This document shows, piece by piece, positions 28,417 to 37,864 of a stretch of DNA of 47,959 nucleotides. The DNA comes from an uncultured Flavobacteriales bacterium. Lineage in GTDB: Bacteria > Bacteroidota > Bacteroidia > Flavobacteriales > SAT41. Below the pieces are notes generated by a model. The model was not told the DNA's origin. It was given only the letters and a program-made list of their open reading frames with translations, and did not search any database. The stretch is from NCBI GenBank assembly GCA_963996865.1, contig CAXEHY010000047.1:1-47959 (forward strand), in the 5' to 3' direction. A program made the position numbers and the translations under genes. Numbering within the stretch: position 1 is the first letter of the stretch; every line of letters starts with the position of its first letter.

Positions 28417-29819
28417 ATAAAAAGTTTTTTATATTATTTTTTTTATCAGCGTTTGTAATAGTATGTACAGTTGCAGCAAAAGATTCTTTAGTTTATAAAA
28501 AAACATTAACTCTTGATAAAATAAAAAATTATAATTCGGATAGTTTAAGTTTCAAACAGAGCTTGTCGTCTATAATGTTAAAAGACACTTTTGGAATAGT
28601 TTTTAACAAAGAATATACTAAGCAAACACATGATTCTGTTTTTTTAGAAAGATTAACAGAAATGAACTTGATAACAGAATATAATTACGCCTATAATGAT
28701 ATAGTTTTGGAGCGTATAAAAAGGTATTGTTACAAATATCGTCCATATATATCTAAACTTTTAGAAAGAGGCATGTATTATTTTCCGATTTTTGAAAAGA
28801 AACTAGATAAATACAATTTACCTTTAGAGTTAAAATATGTTGCAGTTATAGAGTCTTCATTAAACCCTAACGCTCTTTCTAGGTCTGGGGCTTCAGGGAT
28901 GTGGCAGTTTATGTACGAAACAGGTAAATGGTTCGATTTAGATGTAACAACTTATATAGATGAAAGAAAAGACCCATATAAGTCAACAGAGTCTGCTTGT
29001 AGGTATTTTGAGTATTTATATAATATTTTCGAGGATTGGGAATTAGTTTTAGCCGCCTATAATGCTGGTCCAGGATATATAATGCGAAAATTAACAACAA
29101 CAGGATGTGAAGACTACTGGTGTTTAAGGCCTTTTATAAGGAAAGAAACACAAAATTACATTCCTAAATTCATAGCAATAAGTTATATGTTAAATTATTA
29201 CTTAGATCATGAAATAGCTCCAAGACATTATAAGTACGCTGTTTTACAAACAGATACATTTATTTTAAATAAATCTATTTCTTTTGAGGCGGTTTCAAAG
29301 TACATTAATCTTTCTCAAGATTCTATAAGCATGTTAAATCCTGTTTTTAAAAAAGGCGTAATTCCAGTTACTAAAAACAACTTTAATGAGATTGTTTTAC
29401 CAAGTAGTTACACTAATTATTTTTTATTATACAAAGATTCAATTTATAATTATAGTTCCAGTTTAATTGAACCGTATATAACTCAAAAATCTCCAGTTAA
29501 ATATAAAGTGGAAAAAGGAGATTATTTGGGCAAAATATCAAAAAAATATAATTGTACTGTAAAAGATTTAATCAAGTGGAATGACTTGAAATCTACTAGT
29601 ATAAGTCCAGGCCAAAAGTTAATAGTCTATAGACCTGTTATTCCAAAAAAAGATAAAAAAAGAAATTATGCAATTTATAAAGTACAGCCAGGAGACACCT
29701 TGTGGGATATAGCGGAAAGAAATGAAGGAACAACTGTAGACGAACTAATAGAAATAAATAATTTATCTAACGATTCTATTTATCCGGGGTTTAAGTTAAA
29801 AATACCAACAAAAAAATGA
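28413..29819 (+). CDS. Lytic transglycosylase (SLT domain) with two C-terminal LysM domains, MltD-like
   Basis: 468 aa with VIESSLNPNALSRSGASGMWQFM and AYNAGPG. The LysM units are YKVEKGDYLGKISKKYNCTVKDLIKWNDL and YKVQPGDTLWDIAERN..VDELIEINNL. Confidence 0.85.
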   Translation: MNKKFFILFFLSAFVIVCTVAAKDSLVYKKTLTLDKIKNYNSDSLSFKQSLSSIMLKDTFGIVFNKEYTKQTHDSVFLERLTEMNLITEYNYAYNDIVLERIKRYCYKYRPYISKLLERGMYYFPIFEKKLDKYNLPLELKYVAVIESSLNPNALSRSGASGMWQFMYETGKWFDLDVTTYIDERKDPYKSTESACRYFEYLYNIFEDWELVLAAYNAGPGYIMRKLTTTGCEDYWCLRPFIRKETQNYIPKFIAISYMLNYYLDHEIAPRHYKYAVLQTDTFILNKSISFEAVSKYINLSQDSISMLNPVFKKGVIPVTKNNFNEIVLPSSYTNYFLLYKDSIYNYSSSLIEPYITQKSPVKYKVEKGDYLGKISKKYNCTVKDLIKWNDLKSTSISPGQKLIVYRPVIPKKDKKRNYAIYKVQPGDTLWDIAERNEGTTVDELIEINNLSNDSIYPGFKLKIPTKK

Positions 29820-30301
29820 TTAAATACATATTAATATTATGCTGCATAATACAATCTTGTAATACTGATAAAGTGATCTATGAAGACAAAATAGATTTTA
29901 AAAATAATACGTGGAGACATAATGATAATTTAACATTTAATTTTAAAGTAAAAGAGACAGACAAAAAGTATAATATAAATGTTAATATAACGCATTCCGA
30001 TTACAATTACAGAAATTTAATATTTTTTTCATCGTTATATAATGATAGTTTGTTAATTAAAAAAGACACATTTAACATTAAAATCTATGATAAATATGGA
30101 CAGCCAAAAGGGAAAGGAATGACAAATATGAAAAAAGCTTCTTTTAGTATTTATAAAAATTATAATTTTAAAAAAGAAGGATTTTATAATATTAAAATAG
30201 AGCAGGCTTTTAGAATAGGAAATATAAGCAGAGTAGATTCATTATCTTCTCTTTATAGTTTTGGAATAGTAATACGCGAACAAATTAACAAAAGTGAATA
30301 A
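29816..30301 (+). CDS. gldH: Gliding motility lipoprotein GldH
   Basis: 161 aa with lipobox IQSC. W..ND.L.F.F, YNINVNITHSDYNYRNLIFF and YNIKIEQAFR...V..L..L..FGIVIRE parallel F. johnsoniae GldH as I recall it. Confidence 0.65.
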   Translation: MIKYILILCCIIQSCNTDKVIYEDKIDFKNNTWRHNDNLTFNFKVKETDKKYNINVNITHSDYNYRNLIFFSSLYNDSLLIKKDTFNIKIYDKYGQPKGKGMTNMKKASFSIYKNYNFKKEGFYNIKIEQAFRIGNISRVDSLSSLYSFGIVIREQINKSE

Positions 30302-32627
30302 AAGACATAAAAAAATATTTTTTATTTGGGGAGCGACATTTTCTCCCGTGATCTTTTTGTTGTTTTTGATTATTTTGGGAGGGATTGGCGTTTTTGGACC
30401 CCTTCCTTCTTTTGAAGATCTAGAAAACCCTAAAAATAAACAAGCGACAGAAATATATTCTTCTGATTCCGTTTTGTTAGGAAAATATTGGGTTGAAAAC
30501 AGAAATGACGTTGATTTTTCATCTTTACCAACACACTTAATAGAAGCTTTGATTTCCACAGAGGATATAAGATTTTACAAACATGCAGGGATAGATTTCA
30601 AAAGCTTATTAAGAGCGATTTTTGGAGTTTTAATAGGGAAGTCTAGTTCTGGTGGAGGAAGCACGATTACTCAACAATTAGCTAAAATGTTATTTACAGA
30701 TAATCCAGGATCAGGATTAGCAAGAGTTCTGCAAAAAGTAAAAGAATGGATTATAGCTGTCAGACTCGAAAAACATTATACAAAAAATGAAATATTAACC
30801 ATGTATTTAAACAAGTTCGATTTTCTTTATAATGCTGTTGGCGTAAAATCTGCAGCACAAGTTTATTTTGGTAAAAACACAGAATCTTTAGATATTTTAG
30901 AATCTGCAGTTTTGGTAGCAATGTGCAAGAACCCGTCAAGATATAATCCAGAAAGATTTCCAGAAAAAGCTTTTAAAAGAAGGAATTTAGTATTGTATCA
31001 AATGAGAAAATATAACTATTTATCTGACGACGATCCTTATATAGAACAAGATTCATCAGATTGGAACAAATCATTTACGGGGCTAAAGAATTTCCGTCCT
31101 TTTAGTCATAACACAGGGTTAGCCCCATATTTTAGAGAACAATTAAGAAGATACATGAATGATTGGTGTTCAAAAAATAAAAAACCCGATGGCAAACAAT
31201 ATAATCTTTATACAGATGGACTTAAAATATACACAACTATAGATTCAAAATTACAAATAAGAGCAGAAAGCGCCCTAAAAGAACACATATCTTATTTACA
31301 GGGAGTGTTTTATGATCACTGGGAAGGGTACACAAAAGCTCCTTTTCCAAAGGATTTTGAAGAAGAACAAATACAGAATATTTACAATCAGTCTATAAAA
31401 AGGACAGAGAGGTATCGAAAGCTTAAAAAAAGAAAAGTTTCTCAAGATTCTATAAATCACATTTTCTATAAAGAAACTTTTGATATGAAGATATTTTCTT
31501 GGGAAGGAGCAATAGATACAAATATGACTCCTATAGATTCTATAATTTATTATAAATATTTCATACACGGAGGATTAATGTCTACGGATCCTAAAACAGG
31601 AAAAATAAAAGCTTATGTGGGGGGGATTAACCACAGATATTTTAAATATGATCATGTAATAGACGGTGCAAGACAAGTTGGTTCAACCTTTAAACCAATT
31701 TTATACACATTAGCGATACAAGAAGGGTTAGACCCATGTCATAAAGTTACAAATAGTCAAGTTGTGTTTGAAAAAGAAAGATGGGGATTGCCAAAAGACT
31801 GGGTTCCTAAAAACTCTGATAATAAATATTCAGGATTAGATTTAACATTAAAGTTTGGGTTAGCTAATTCTATAAACAAAATAACAGCTTATATAATGAA
31901 ACAATATGGTCCTGAGGCTGTAGTAGATTTAGCAAAAAGAATGGGAATAACTAAAAAATTATTAGCAGTGCCATCTATTTGTTTAGGCACTTTTGATTTA
32001 AGCGTTTATGAGATGGTTGGAGCTTATTCCGTTTTTGCTAATGAAGGGATATGGAATAAACCTTTTTATATAGAAAAAATATACAATAAAGATAATCAGC
32101 TTTTAGCGAGTTTAAACACAGAATCTCAAGAAGCTATCAGCAAAGAAACCGCAGAAATAATGCTTAAAATGTTACAGGGTGTAGTTTCGGGGGTATATTG
32201 TGATAATTGTGAAATAACTAACGATGAAACAGGAGAAATTAAACAAGGAATAACAAGAGGAACCGGAGTGAGATTAAAATATAAATATGACTTCAAAAAT
32301 AATATAGGCGGAAAAACAGGAACAACTCAAAATAATTCAGATGGGTGGTTTATTGGAGTCACACCAGAATTAGTAACAGGTGTGTGGACAGGATGTGAAG
32401 AAAGGAGTGTTCATTTTAGAGACACATATTACGGACAAGGAGCAAACACGGCTCTGCCGATATGGGCTTTATACATGAAGTCTGTTTACAGGGATAGTGT
32501 AAATACAAGTTACAGTCCTATTAATTTTCAAACACCAGAATATGTTGAAAGAAAATTTAATTGTATTGATGAAAGCAATAAAGAAAATAAAAACAAGGTA
32601 ACAAAAAATATAGATCCAGAATGGTAA
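30294..32627 (+). CDS. Bifunctional class A penicillin-binding protein (PBP1A: glycosyltransferase + transpeptidase)
   Basis: 777 aa with an N-terminal TM segment. The GT51 motifs EDIRFYKHAGIDFKS, GGSTITQQLAKM and RKVKEW-like are present, as are the transpeptidase motifs STFKP, SINK and KTGTT. It starts with GTG, overlapping gldH. Confidence 0.9.
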   Translation: MNKRHKKIFFIWGATFSPVIFLLFLIILGGIGVFGPLPSFEDLENPKNKQATEIYSSDSVLLGKYWVENRNDVDFSSLPTHLIEALISTEDIRFYKHAGIDFKSLLRAIFGVLIGKSSSGGGSTITQQLAKMLFTDNPGSGLARVLQKVKEWIIAVRLEKHYTKNEILTMYLNKFDFLYNAVGVKSAAQVYFGKNTESLDILESAVLVAMCKNPSRYNPERFPEKAFKRRNLVLYQMRKYNYLSDDDPYIEQDSSDWNKSFTGLKNFRPFSHNTGLAPYFREQLRRYMNDWCSKNKKPDGKQYNLYTDGLKIYTTIDSKLQIRAESALKEHISYLQGVFYDHWEGYTKAPFPKDFEEEQIQNIYNQSIKRTERYRKLKKRKVSQDSINHIFYKETFDMKIFSWEGAIDTNMTPIDSIIYYKYFIHGGLMSTDPKTGKIKAYVGGINHRYFKYDHVIDGARQVGSTFKPILYTLAIQEGLDPCHKVTNSQVVFEKERWGLPKDWVPKNSDNKYSGLDLTLKFGLANSINKITAYIMKQYGPEAVVDLAKRMGITKKLLAVPSICLGTFDLSVYEMVGAYSVFANEGIWNKPFYIEKIYNKDNQLLASLNTESQEAISKETAEIMLKMLQGVVSGVYCDNCEITNDETGEIKQGITRGTGVRLKYKYDFKNNIGGKTGTTQNNSDGWFIGVTPELVTGVWTGCEERSVHFRDTYYGQGANTALPIWALYMKSVYRDSVNTSYSPINFQTPEYVERKFNCIDESNKENKNKVTKNIDPEW

Positions 32628-34588
32628 AAAATAATTACTGGAAGCATTCTTTTTATAATAAAGAAAAAACAAACATTCAATCATATACAAACTACGTAAA
32701 TAATTTTTTTGTAAAAAAACGGATTAAAAACTATCAAGAACTTTGGGAGTGGTCAGTGAATAAAACTTCTGATTTCTGGACAAGCATATATAAATATTAT
32801 TTAGAAGAAAATCAAAAATTGTTTAATGTTTTTGATTATAACAATAATAAGCCTTTTTTTGAGGCAAAATGGTTTAAAGGAACTGTTATAAAACCTTATA
32901 GTTACTATATTTTAAGAAATCTCTTTTCTAAAAGAATCAAAAAACAAGATATAGCTATAATTTATAAATCAGAAAAAACAGAAAAAAAGAGTATTTCTTG
33001 GGGGGAATTATATGATTATGTTAAAAAAGCACAAAAATATTTAATATCCAAAGGTGTTTCTAAAGGAAGCAGGGTGGCTGCCGTTTTGAATAATGGACCT
33101 GAAGCTGTTATATATTTTCTTGCAACCAATTCATTGGGGGCAATATGGTCTAGCTGTTCTCCTGATTTTGGATCCCCCTCTATCATGGAAAGATTTAAAC
33201 AAATAAAGCCAGATTTATTAATAATAACAGACAGATATTATTATAATGGTAAAACATATGATAAAAAGACGTTAATACAAGATTTAAAACAAAATTTAAA
33301 AACATTAAAAGCAACTTTAGTTATAACTGAAAACACTTTAAAAGAATTAAAAAAAGAAAATCTCAGCGTAGGTGATATAATATTTCAAGACATAGAATTT
33401 AATGATCCAATTTGGGTTTTGTATTCTTCAGGAACAACAGGGAAGCCAAAAGCCATAACACATTCTAACGGAGGAATGGTTTTAGAGCATTATAAAGCAT
33501 TAGGTTTACACCAAGAATGTGTTAAAAAAGATAAATTTTTTTGGTTTTCGACAACAGGCTGGATGATGTGGAATTATTCAATAGGATCAATGCTACATGG
33601 ATGTACTTTGGTTTTATATGACGGGTCCCCTAATTACCCCACAATAAATGTTTTATGGGATTATGTTATTGAAGCTGACATAAATCATTTTGGAGGAGGA
33701 GCAAGTTATTTTATAGCATGTTTAAAAAAAGATTTAAAGTTAAAAAATAATTTCAAAAATTTAAAATCTATAGGCTCTACAGGATCCCCTTTAACAGAAG
33801 AGGCTTTTATTTGGTTGCGAGAAAACATAAAAAAAAATTTATGGTTAATTTCTTTAAGCGGAGGAACAGATGTTTGTACAGCATTTGTTGGGGGGTGTGC
33901 TGAAAAAAGAATTTACATAGGAGAGATTCAGTGCAGGATGCTAGGAGCTAAAGTTGAAGTTTATAACTCTTTAAAAGAGTCAGTGGAAAAAGAAATAGGA
34001 GAAATGGTTATAACAAAGCCTATGCCATGTATGCCTGTTTTTTTCTGGAACGACAAGAAAAACATTAGGTATAAAAAAAGTTATTTTGAAGAATATGATA
34101 ATGTTTGGAGACATGGAGATTGGATGAAAATAACAAAAAATCATGGAGTTATTATTTACGGAAGATCTGACGCAACACTAAATAAAGGAGGAGTTCGTTT
34201 AGGGACAAGTGAGATTTACAAAAACATAGAATTTTTAGAGGAAGTAGAAGACAGCATAATAGTTTGCTTAGACCTGGAGTCAGGTAAACAGTTTATGCCT
34301 TTATTTATAAAAACTAAAAAAAGCTTAAGTGTTGAATTAAAAAATAAAATAAAAGAAGTTTTAAGAAAAAATTGTTCTCCAAGACATGTTCCAGATGAAA
34401 TTTATAAAATTTCTGACATTCCATATACTATTAGTGGTAAAAAAATGGAAACCCCTATAAAGAAAATATTAATGGGAAGTAATTTAAACAACTCGATATC
34501 AAAAGATGCTATGAAAAATCCAGAAATCATAGATTTTTTTGTAAAATTCAAAGAAAAAGAATTAACCAGGCGGCTAAAAGCAAAATAA
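32621..34588 (+). CDS. Acetoacetyl-CoA synthetase (acetoacetate-CoA ligase)
   Basis: 655 aa with the N-terminal YQELWEWSVNKTSDFW typical of AACS, plus the AMP-binding motifs YSSGTTGKPK and GRSDATLNKGGVRLGTSEIY. Confidence 0.85.
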   Translation: MVKNNYWKHSFYNKEKTNIQSYTNYVNNFFVKKRIKNYQELWEWSVNKTSDFWTSIYKYYLEENQKLFNVFDYNNNKPFFEAKWFKGTVIKPYSYYILRNLFSKRIKKQDIAIIYKSEKTEKKSISWGELYDYVKKAQKYLISKGVSKGSRVAAVLNNGPEAVIYFLATNSLGAIWSSCSPDFGSPSIMERFKQIKPDLLIITDRYYYNGKTYDKKTLIQDLKQNLKTLKATLVITENTLKELKKENLSVGDIIFQDIEFNDPIWVLYSSGTTGKPKAITHSNGGMVLEHYKALGLHQECVKKDKFFWFSTTGWMMWNYSIGSMLHGCTLVLYDGSPNYPTINVLWDYVIEADINHFGGGASYFIACLKKDLKLKNNFKNLKSIGSTGSPLTEEAFIWLRENIKKNLWLISLSGGTDVCTAFVGGCAEKRIYIGEIQCRMLGAKVEVYNSLKESVEKEIGEMVITKPMPCMPVFFWNDKKNIRYKKSYFEEYDNVWRHGDWMKITKNHGVIIYGRSDATLNKGGVRLGTSEIYKNIEFLEEVEDSIIVCLDLESGKQFMPLFIKTKKSLSVELKNKIKEVLRKNCSPRHVPDEIYKISDIPYTISGKKMETPIKKILMGSNLNNSISKDAMKNPEIIDFFVKFKEKELTRRLKAK

Positions 34589-34686
34589 ACAAGCCTAATC
34601 CTTATTTACGCAAAACAAGAACATGTTTTACTTAAAAGCAAAGATAATGCAAATTTCAGCCATCTATTAAAGCCTTTTTTGAAAAA

Positions 34687-35553
34687 TTATTTTTTTATTA
34701 TATAAATTAGACTAGAATGATTTTCCCCATTAGATTTAAGGTTGGACAAAAACCCCCTTATAAACGCTCTAAACATTTTTAAATTACTTTTTTTATATTT
34801 TTCGCTCATTAAAGAAATAAAATAACTATCATATTTTAATGGAAGAATTTTCGTTATTTTTAAATTAAAATTTTTTACAAAAAAAGACATTGACTTTTTA
34901 TTAAAATGATGCAAGTGTCTAGGCACATCATAGGCCGCCCAGTGTTTTTTGTAATATTTAGCGTCATGTGAAAGATTGTTAGGCAAGGCTATAACAATAG
35001 TTCCTTTTTCATTTAACTTTTCTAAACATTCTTTAAAGAAAGAATTAAGATCATGAACATGTTCAAGCGAGTGCCAAAAAGTAATTAAATCAAATTTTTT
35101 ATTTTTTGGATTTATCTCCTTTATTTCTTTAAAAATATTTTGAGTTATTTTTTCGCTTATTTTTTTTGCTTTATAATTATTCTCTACCCCAAAAATGTTA
35201 TATTTTTTATCTTGCATTATTTTTATAAAATCTCCTGTTCCACATCCAAAATCTAACAAGTTATCTGATTTAGAATACCTTCTAATAATTTTCGCCTTAT
35301 ATAACAAGTTTCTTTTTTTTATAATATTATAACACCAGGAAATCAAAGTTTTAGTTTGGTTATGAGACAAATAATCTTCACTTTCATAATATTTGTAAAT
35401 TTCTTTTTTGTTAGGCGGTAAATGCGTGAAAATAAAATCACAATTCAAACATTTGTTCATCACAAATTCTTCTTGACTAAGAAAAAAATCTTTTGTTTTT
35501 ATATGCTTAGATATTTTTTTAGAACCACAAATTTTACATTCAATCTTATTCAT
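34687..35553 (-). CDS. Class I SAM-dependent methyltransferase with N-terminal Cys4 zinc ribbon
   Basis: 288 aa with CKICGS...CLNCDF followed by LLDFGCGTGDF (motif I). Confidence 0.8.
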   Translation of the reverse strand: MNKIECKICGSKKISKHIKTKDFFLSQEEFVMNKCLNCDFIFTHLPPNKKEIYKYYESEDYLSHNQTKTLISWCYNIIKKRNLLYKAKIIRRYSKSDNLLDFGCGTGDFIKIMQDKKYNIFGVENNYKAKKISEKITQNIFKEIKEINPKNKKFDLITFWHSLEHVHDLNSFFKECLEKLNEKGTIVIALPNNLSHDAKYYKKHWAAYDVPRHLHHFNKKSMSFFVKNFNLKITKILPLKYDSYFISLMSEKYKKSNLKMFRAFIRGFLSNLKSNGENHSSLIYIIKK

Positions 35554-35571
35554 ATTGTTTCACGTGGAACA

Positions 35572-37434
35572 TTAGCGACCAATAGATATTAATAAAATAT
35601 TAATATCAGAAGGAGAAACTCCGCTTATTCTTGATGCTTGTCCTATATTATCAGGTTTTGTTGCTGTTAATTTCTCTATAGCTTCACTAGAAAGAGATTT
35701 AATTTTTTTATAGTTGATTTTTTTGGGGATAACTAAAGACTCTAGTTTTTTTATTTTCTCTACATTTTCTTTTTCTTTTTTTATATAACCCTCATATTTA
35801 ATTTCAGTTATAGCTTCTTTTATGCTTTTTTCTTCAAAATTTTCAAAAAAAGATTTAACATGATTTATTTTAATTATTTCTTCAAAAGAAATTTCAGGTC
35901 TAGATAATATTGTTTTTAGTTTTTTGCTTTGTTTGATTTCGCTTTTATTTTTTAAAACAAGAATAGGATTTATCTCTTTTGGTTTAATGCTGGTTTTTTG
36001 ACAAAAACTAAACACTTTATTTTTATTTTCAGTTTTACGTTTTAATAATACTATTCTTTCTTCTGAAGCTAATCCTATTTTTTTTGATTTTTTTGTTAAC
36101 CTTTCGTCGGCATTTTCTTGTCTTAACAGGATTCTAAATTCAGCTCTAGAGGTAAACATCCTGTAAGGTTCCTCAGTTCCTTTGTTTATCAGGTCATCTA
36201 TTAAAACACCTATGTAAGCTTCTGATCTTTTTAAAATAAAATCTTCTTTTTTTTGTATTTTTTGATTAGCGTTTATACCTGCTAATAATCCTTGTGCGGC
36301 GGCTTCTTCATACCCGGTTGTTCCATTTATTTGTCCAGCAAAAAATAAATTTTCAATTATTTTAGTTTCCAGATTATATTTTAATTGGGTTGGGGGGAAA
36401 TAGTCATACTCTATTGCGTATCCTGGTTTTATCATTTTTACATTTTCAAAACCCATAATACTTTTAAGTCCTTCATATTGAGCTAATTCTGGCAAAGAGG
36501 TCGAAAATCCATTAACATATATTTCGTAGGTATTTTTGCCTTCAGGCTCAATAAATATCTGATGTTGGTTTTTTTCTTTAAATCTTGTGATTTTATCTTC
36601 AATAGAAGGGCAATATCTAGGACCAGCGCCAGCAATATTCCCGCTAAACATAGGAGACTTATCAAAACTTTTTTTTAATATTTCATGAGTTTTAGAATTA
36701 GTATATGTTATGTAGCAGCTTTTTTGATTTGTTAGCTTAGGAGTTTTTAGGAATGAAAACCTGCCTGGATCATCATCTCCTTTTTGTTCTTCTACTTTAT
36801 TATAATTTATACTTCTTCCATCTATTCTTGGAGGGGTTCCTGTTTTCATTCTTCCACTTTTAAACCCCAATTTTGTTAATTTCTCGGTTAGCCCTATGGA
36901 AGATTTCTCTCCGCTTCTTCCTCCTCCAAAGTTTTTTTCCCCTACATGTATTTTGCCGTTTAAAAAAGTTCCATTTGTCAAAATCACACATTTAGATTTA
37001 ACAATTAACCCCATTTGTGTTCTTACTCCTGTAATTTTGTTTTTTTTGACCACTAGATCTACAACCATGTCTTGCCAAAAATCTATATTATAAGTTTGCT
37101 CTAACATATATTTCCAATATTTAGCAAATTCAAATTTGTCATTTTGAGATCTAGGACTCCACATGGCGGGACCCTTGGATTTATTTAACATTCTAAATTG
37201 AATCATAGTGTTATCTGTCACAATACCAGAGTATCCACCTAAAGCATCAATTTCTCTTATTATCTGACCCTTTGCAACACCGCCCATAGCTGGATTACAC
37301 GACATTTGTCCTATTGTGTTCAAGTTCATTGTTATTAATAAAATTTTACATCCTAAATTTGCAGCAGCAGCAGCTGCTTCGCACCCCGCGTGTCCTCCTC
37401 CCACCACAATAATATCATAATTTTCTTGAAACAT
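35572..37434 (-). CDS. mnmG: tRNA uridine-5-carboxymethylaminomethyl(34) synthesis enzyme MnmG
   Basis: 620 aa with YDIIVVGGGHAGCEAAAAAA, GPRYCPSIEDK and FFAGQINGTTGYEEAAAQG. Confidence 0.97.
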   Translation of the reverse strand: MFQENYDIIVVGGGHAGCEAAAAAANLGCKILLITMNLNTIGQMSCNPAMGGVAKGQIIREIDALGGYSGIVTDNTMIQFRMLNKSKGPAMWSPRSQNDKFEFAKYWKYMLEQTYNIDFWQDMVVDLVVKKNKITGVRTQMGLIVKSKCVILTNGTFLNGKIHVGEKNFGGGRSGEKSSIGLTEKLTKLGFKSGRMKTGTPPRIDGRSINYNKVEEQKGDDDPGRFSFLKTPKLTNQKSCYITYTNSKTHEILKKSFDKSPMFSGNIAGAGPRYCPSIEDKITRFKEKNQHQIFIEPEGKNTYEIYVNGFSTSLPELAQYEGLKSIMGFENVKMIKPGYAIEYDYFPPTQLKYNLETKIIENLFFAGQINGTTGYEEAAAQGLLAGINANQKIQKKEDFILKRSEAYIGVLIDDLINKGTEEPYRMFTSRAEFRILLRQENADERLTKKSKKIGLASEERIVLLKRKTENKNKVFSFCQKTSIKPKEINPILVLKNKSEIKQSKKLKTILSRPEISFEEIIKINHVKSFFENFEEKSIKEAITEIKYEGYIKKEKENVEKIKKLESLVIPKKINYKKIKSLSSEAIEKLTATKPDNIGQASRISGVSPSDINILLISIGR

Positions 37435-37435
37435 T

Positions 37436-37864
37436 TTATATTTCTTTTTTTAGTTTTTTTAGATATAAATCTTCAGTTACTTGTATTTTTTCTTTTTCCT
37501 TTTTTGTGAAGTCTTTGAATCCGCAGAGATGTAGTATCCCGTGTATCATAACTCTATGAATCTCTTCACTTAAATTAACAGAGTATACTTTGGAATTTTC
37601 TTTTATTATTTCATAACACATATAAATATCTGCAAATATATTTTTTTTATCTTCATAATTAAAAGCAATTATATCTGTATAATTATTTTTTTGTAAATAT
37701 TTTTTGTTTAGCATTTTTATTTCTTCTTTGCTGCATAAAATATAATTTATAATTTTTAAATTATATTCATGATCATTTATACAGTTAATTATCCATTTTT
37801 TTAATTTCGTTTTGTTCCGAATTTTAGTTATTCCATTGTCGAAAAAATTTATTTTTTTATTCAT
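37436..37864 (-). CDS. ybeY: rRNA maturation endoribonuclease YbeY
   Basis: 142 aa with the HRVMIHGILHLCGF zinc motif. Confidence 0.9.
   Translation of the reverse strand: MNKKINFFDNGITKIRNKTKLKKWIINCINDHEYNLKIINYILCSKEEIKMLNKKYLQKNNYTDIIAFNYEDKKNIFADIYMCYEIIKENSKVYSVNLSEEIHRVMIHGILHLCGFKDFTKKEKEKIQVTEDLYLKKLKKEI

Noticed and set aside
34589-34686. Possible bidirectional terminator or small RNA between the convergent AACS and methyltransferase genes
   Set aside because: There is only a weak 6-bp A/T stem (aaaaca..tgtttt) without a convincing GC core or U tract. This is insufficient to call.
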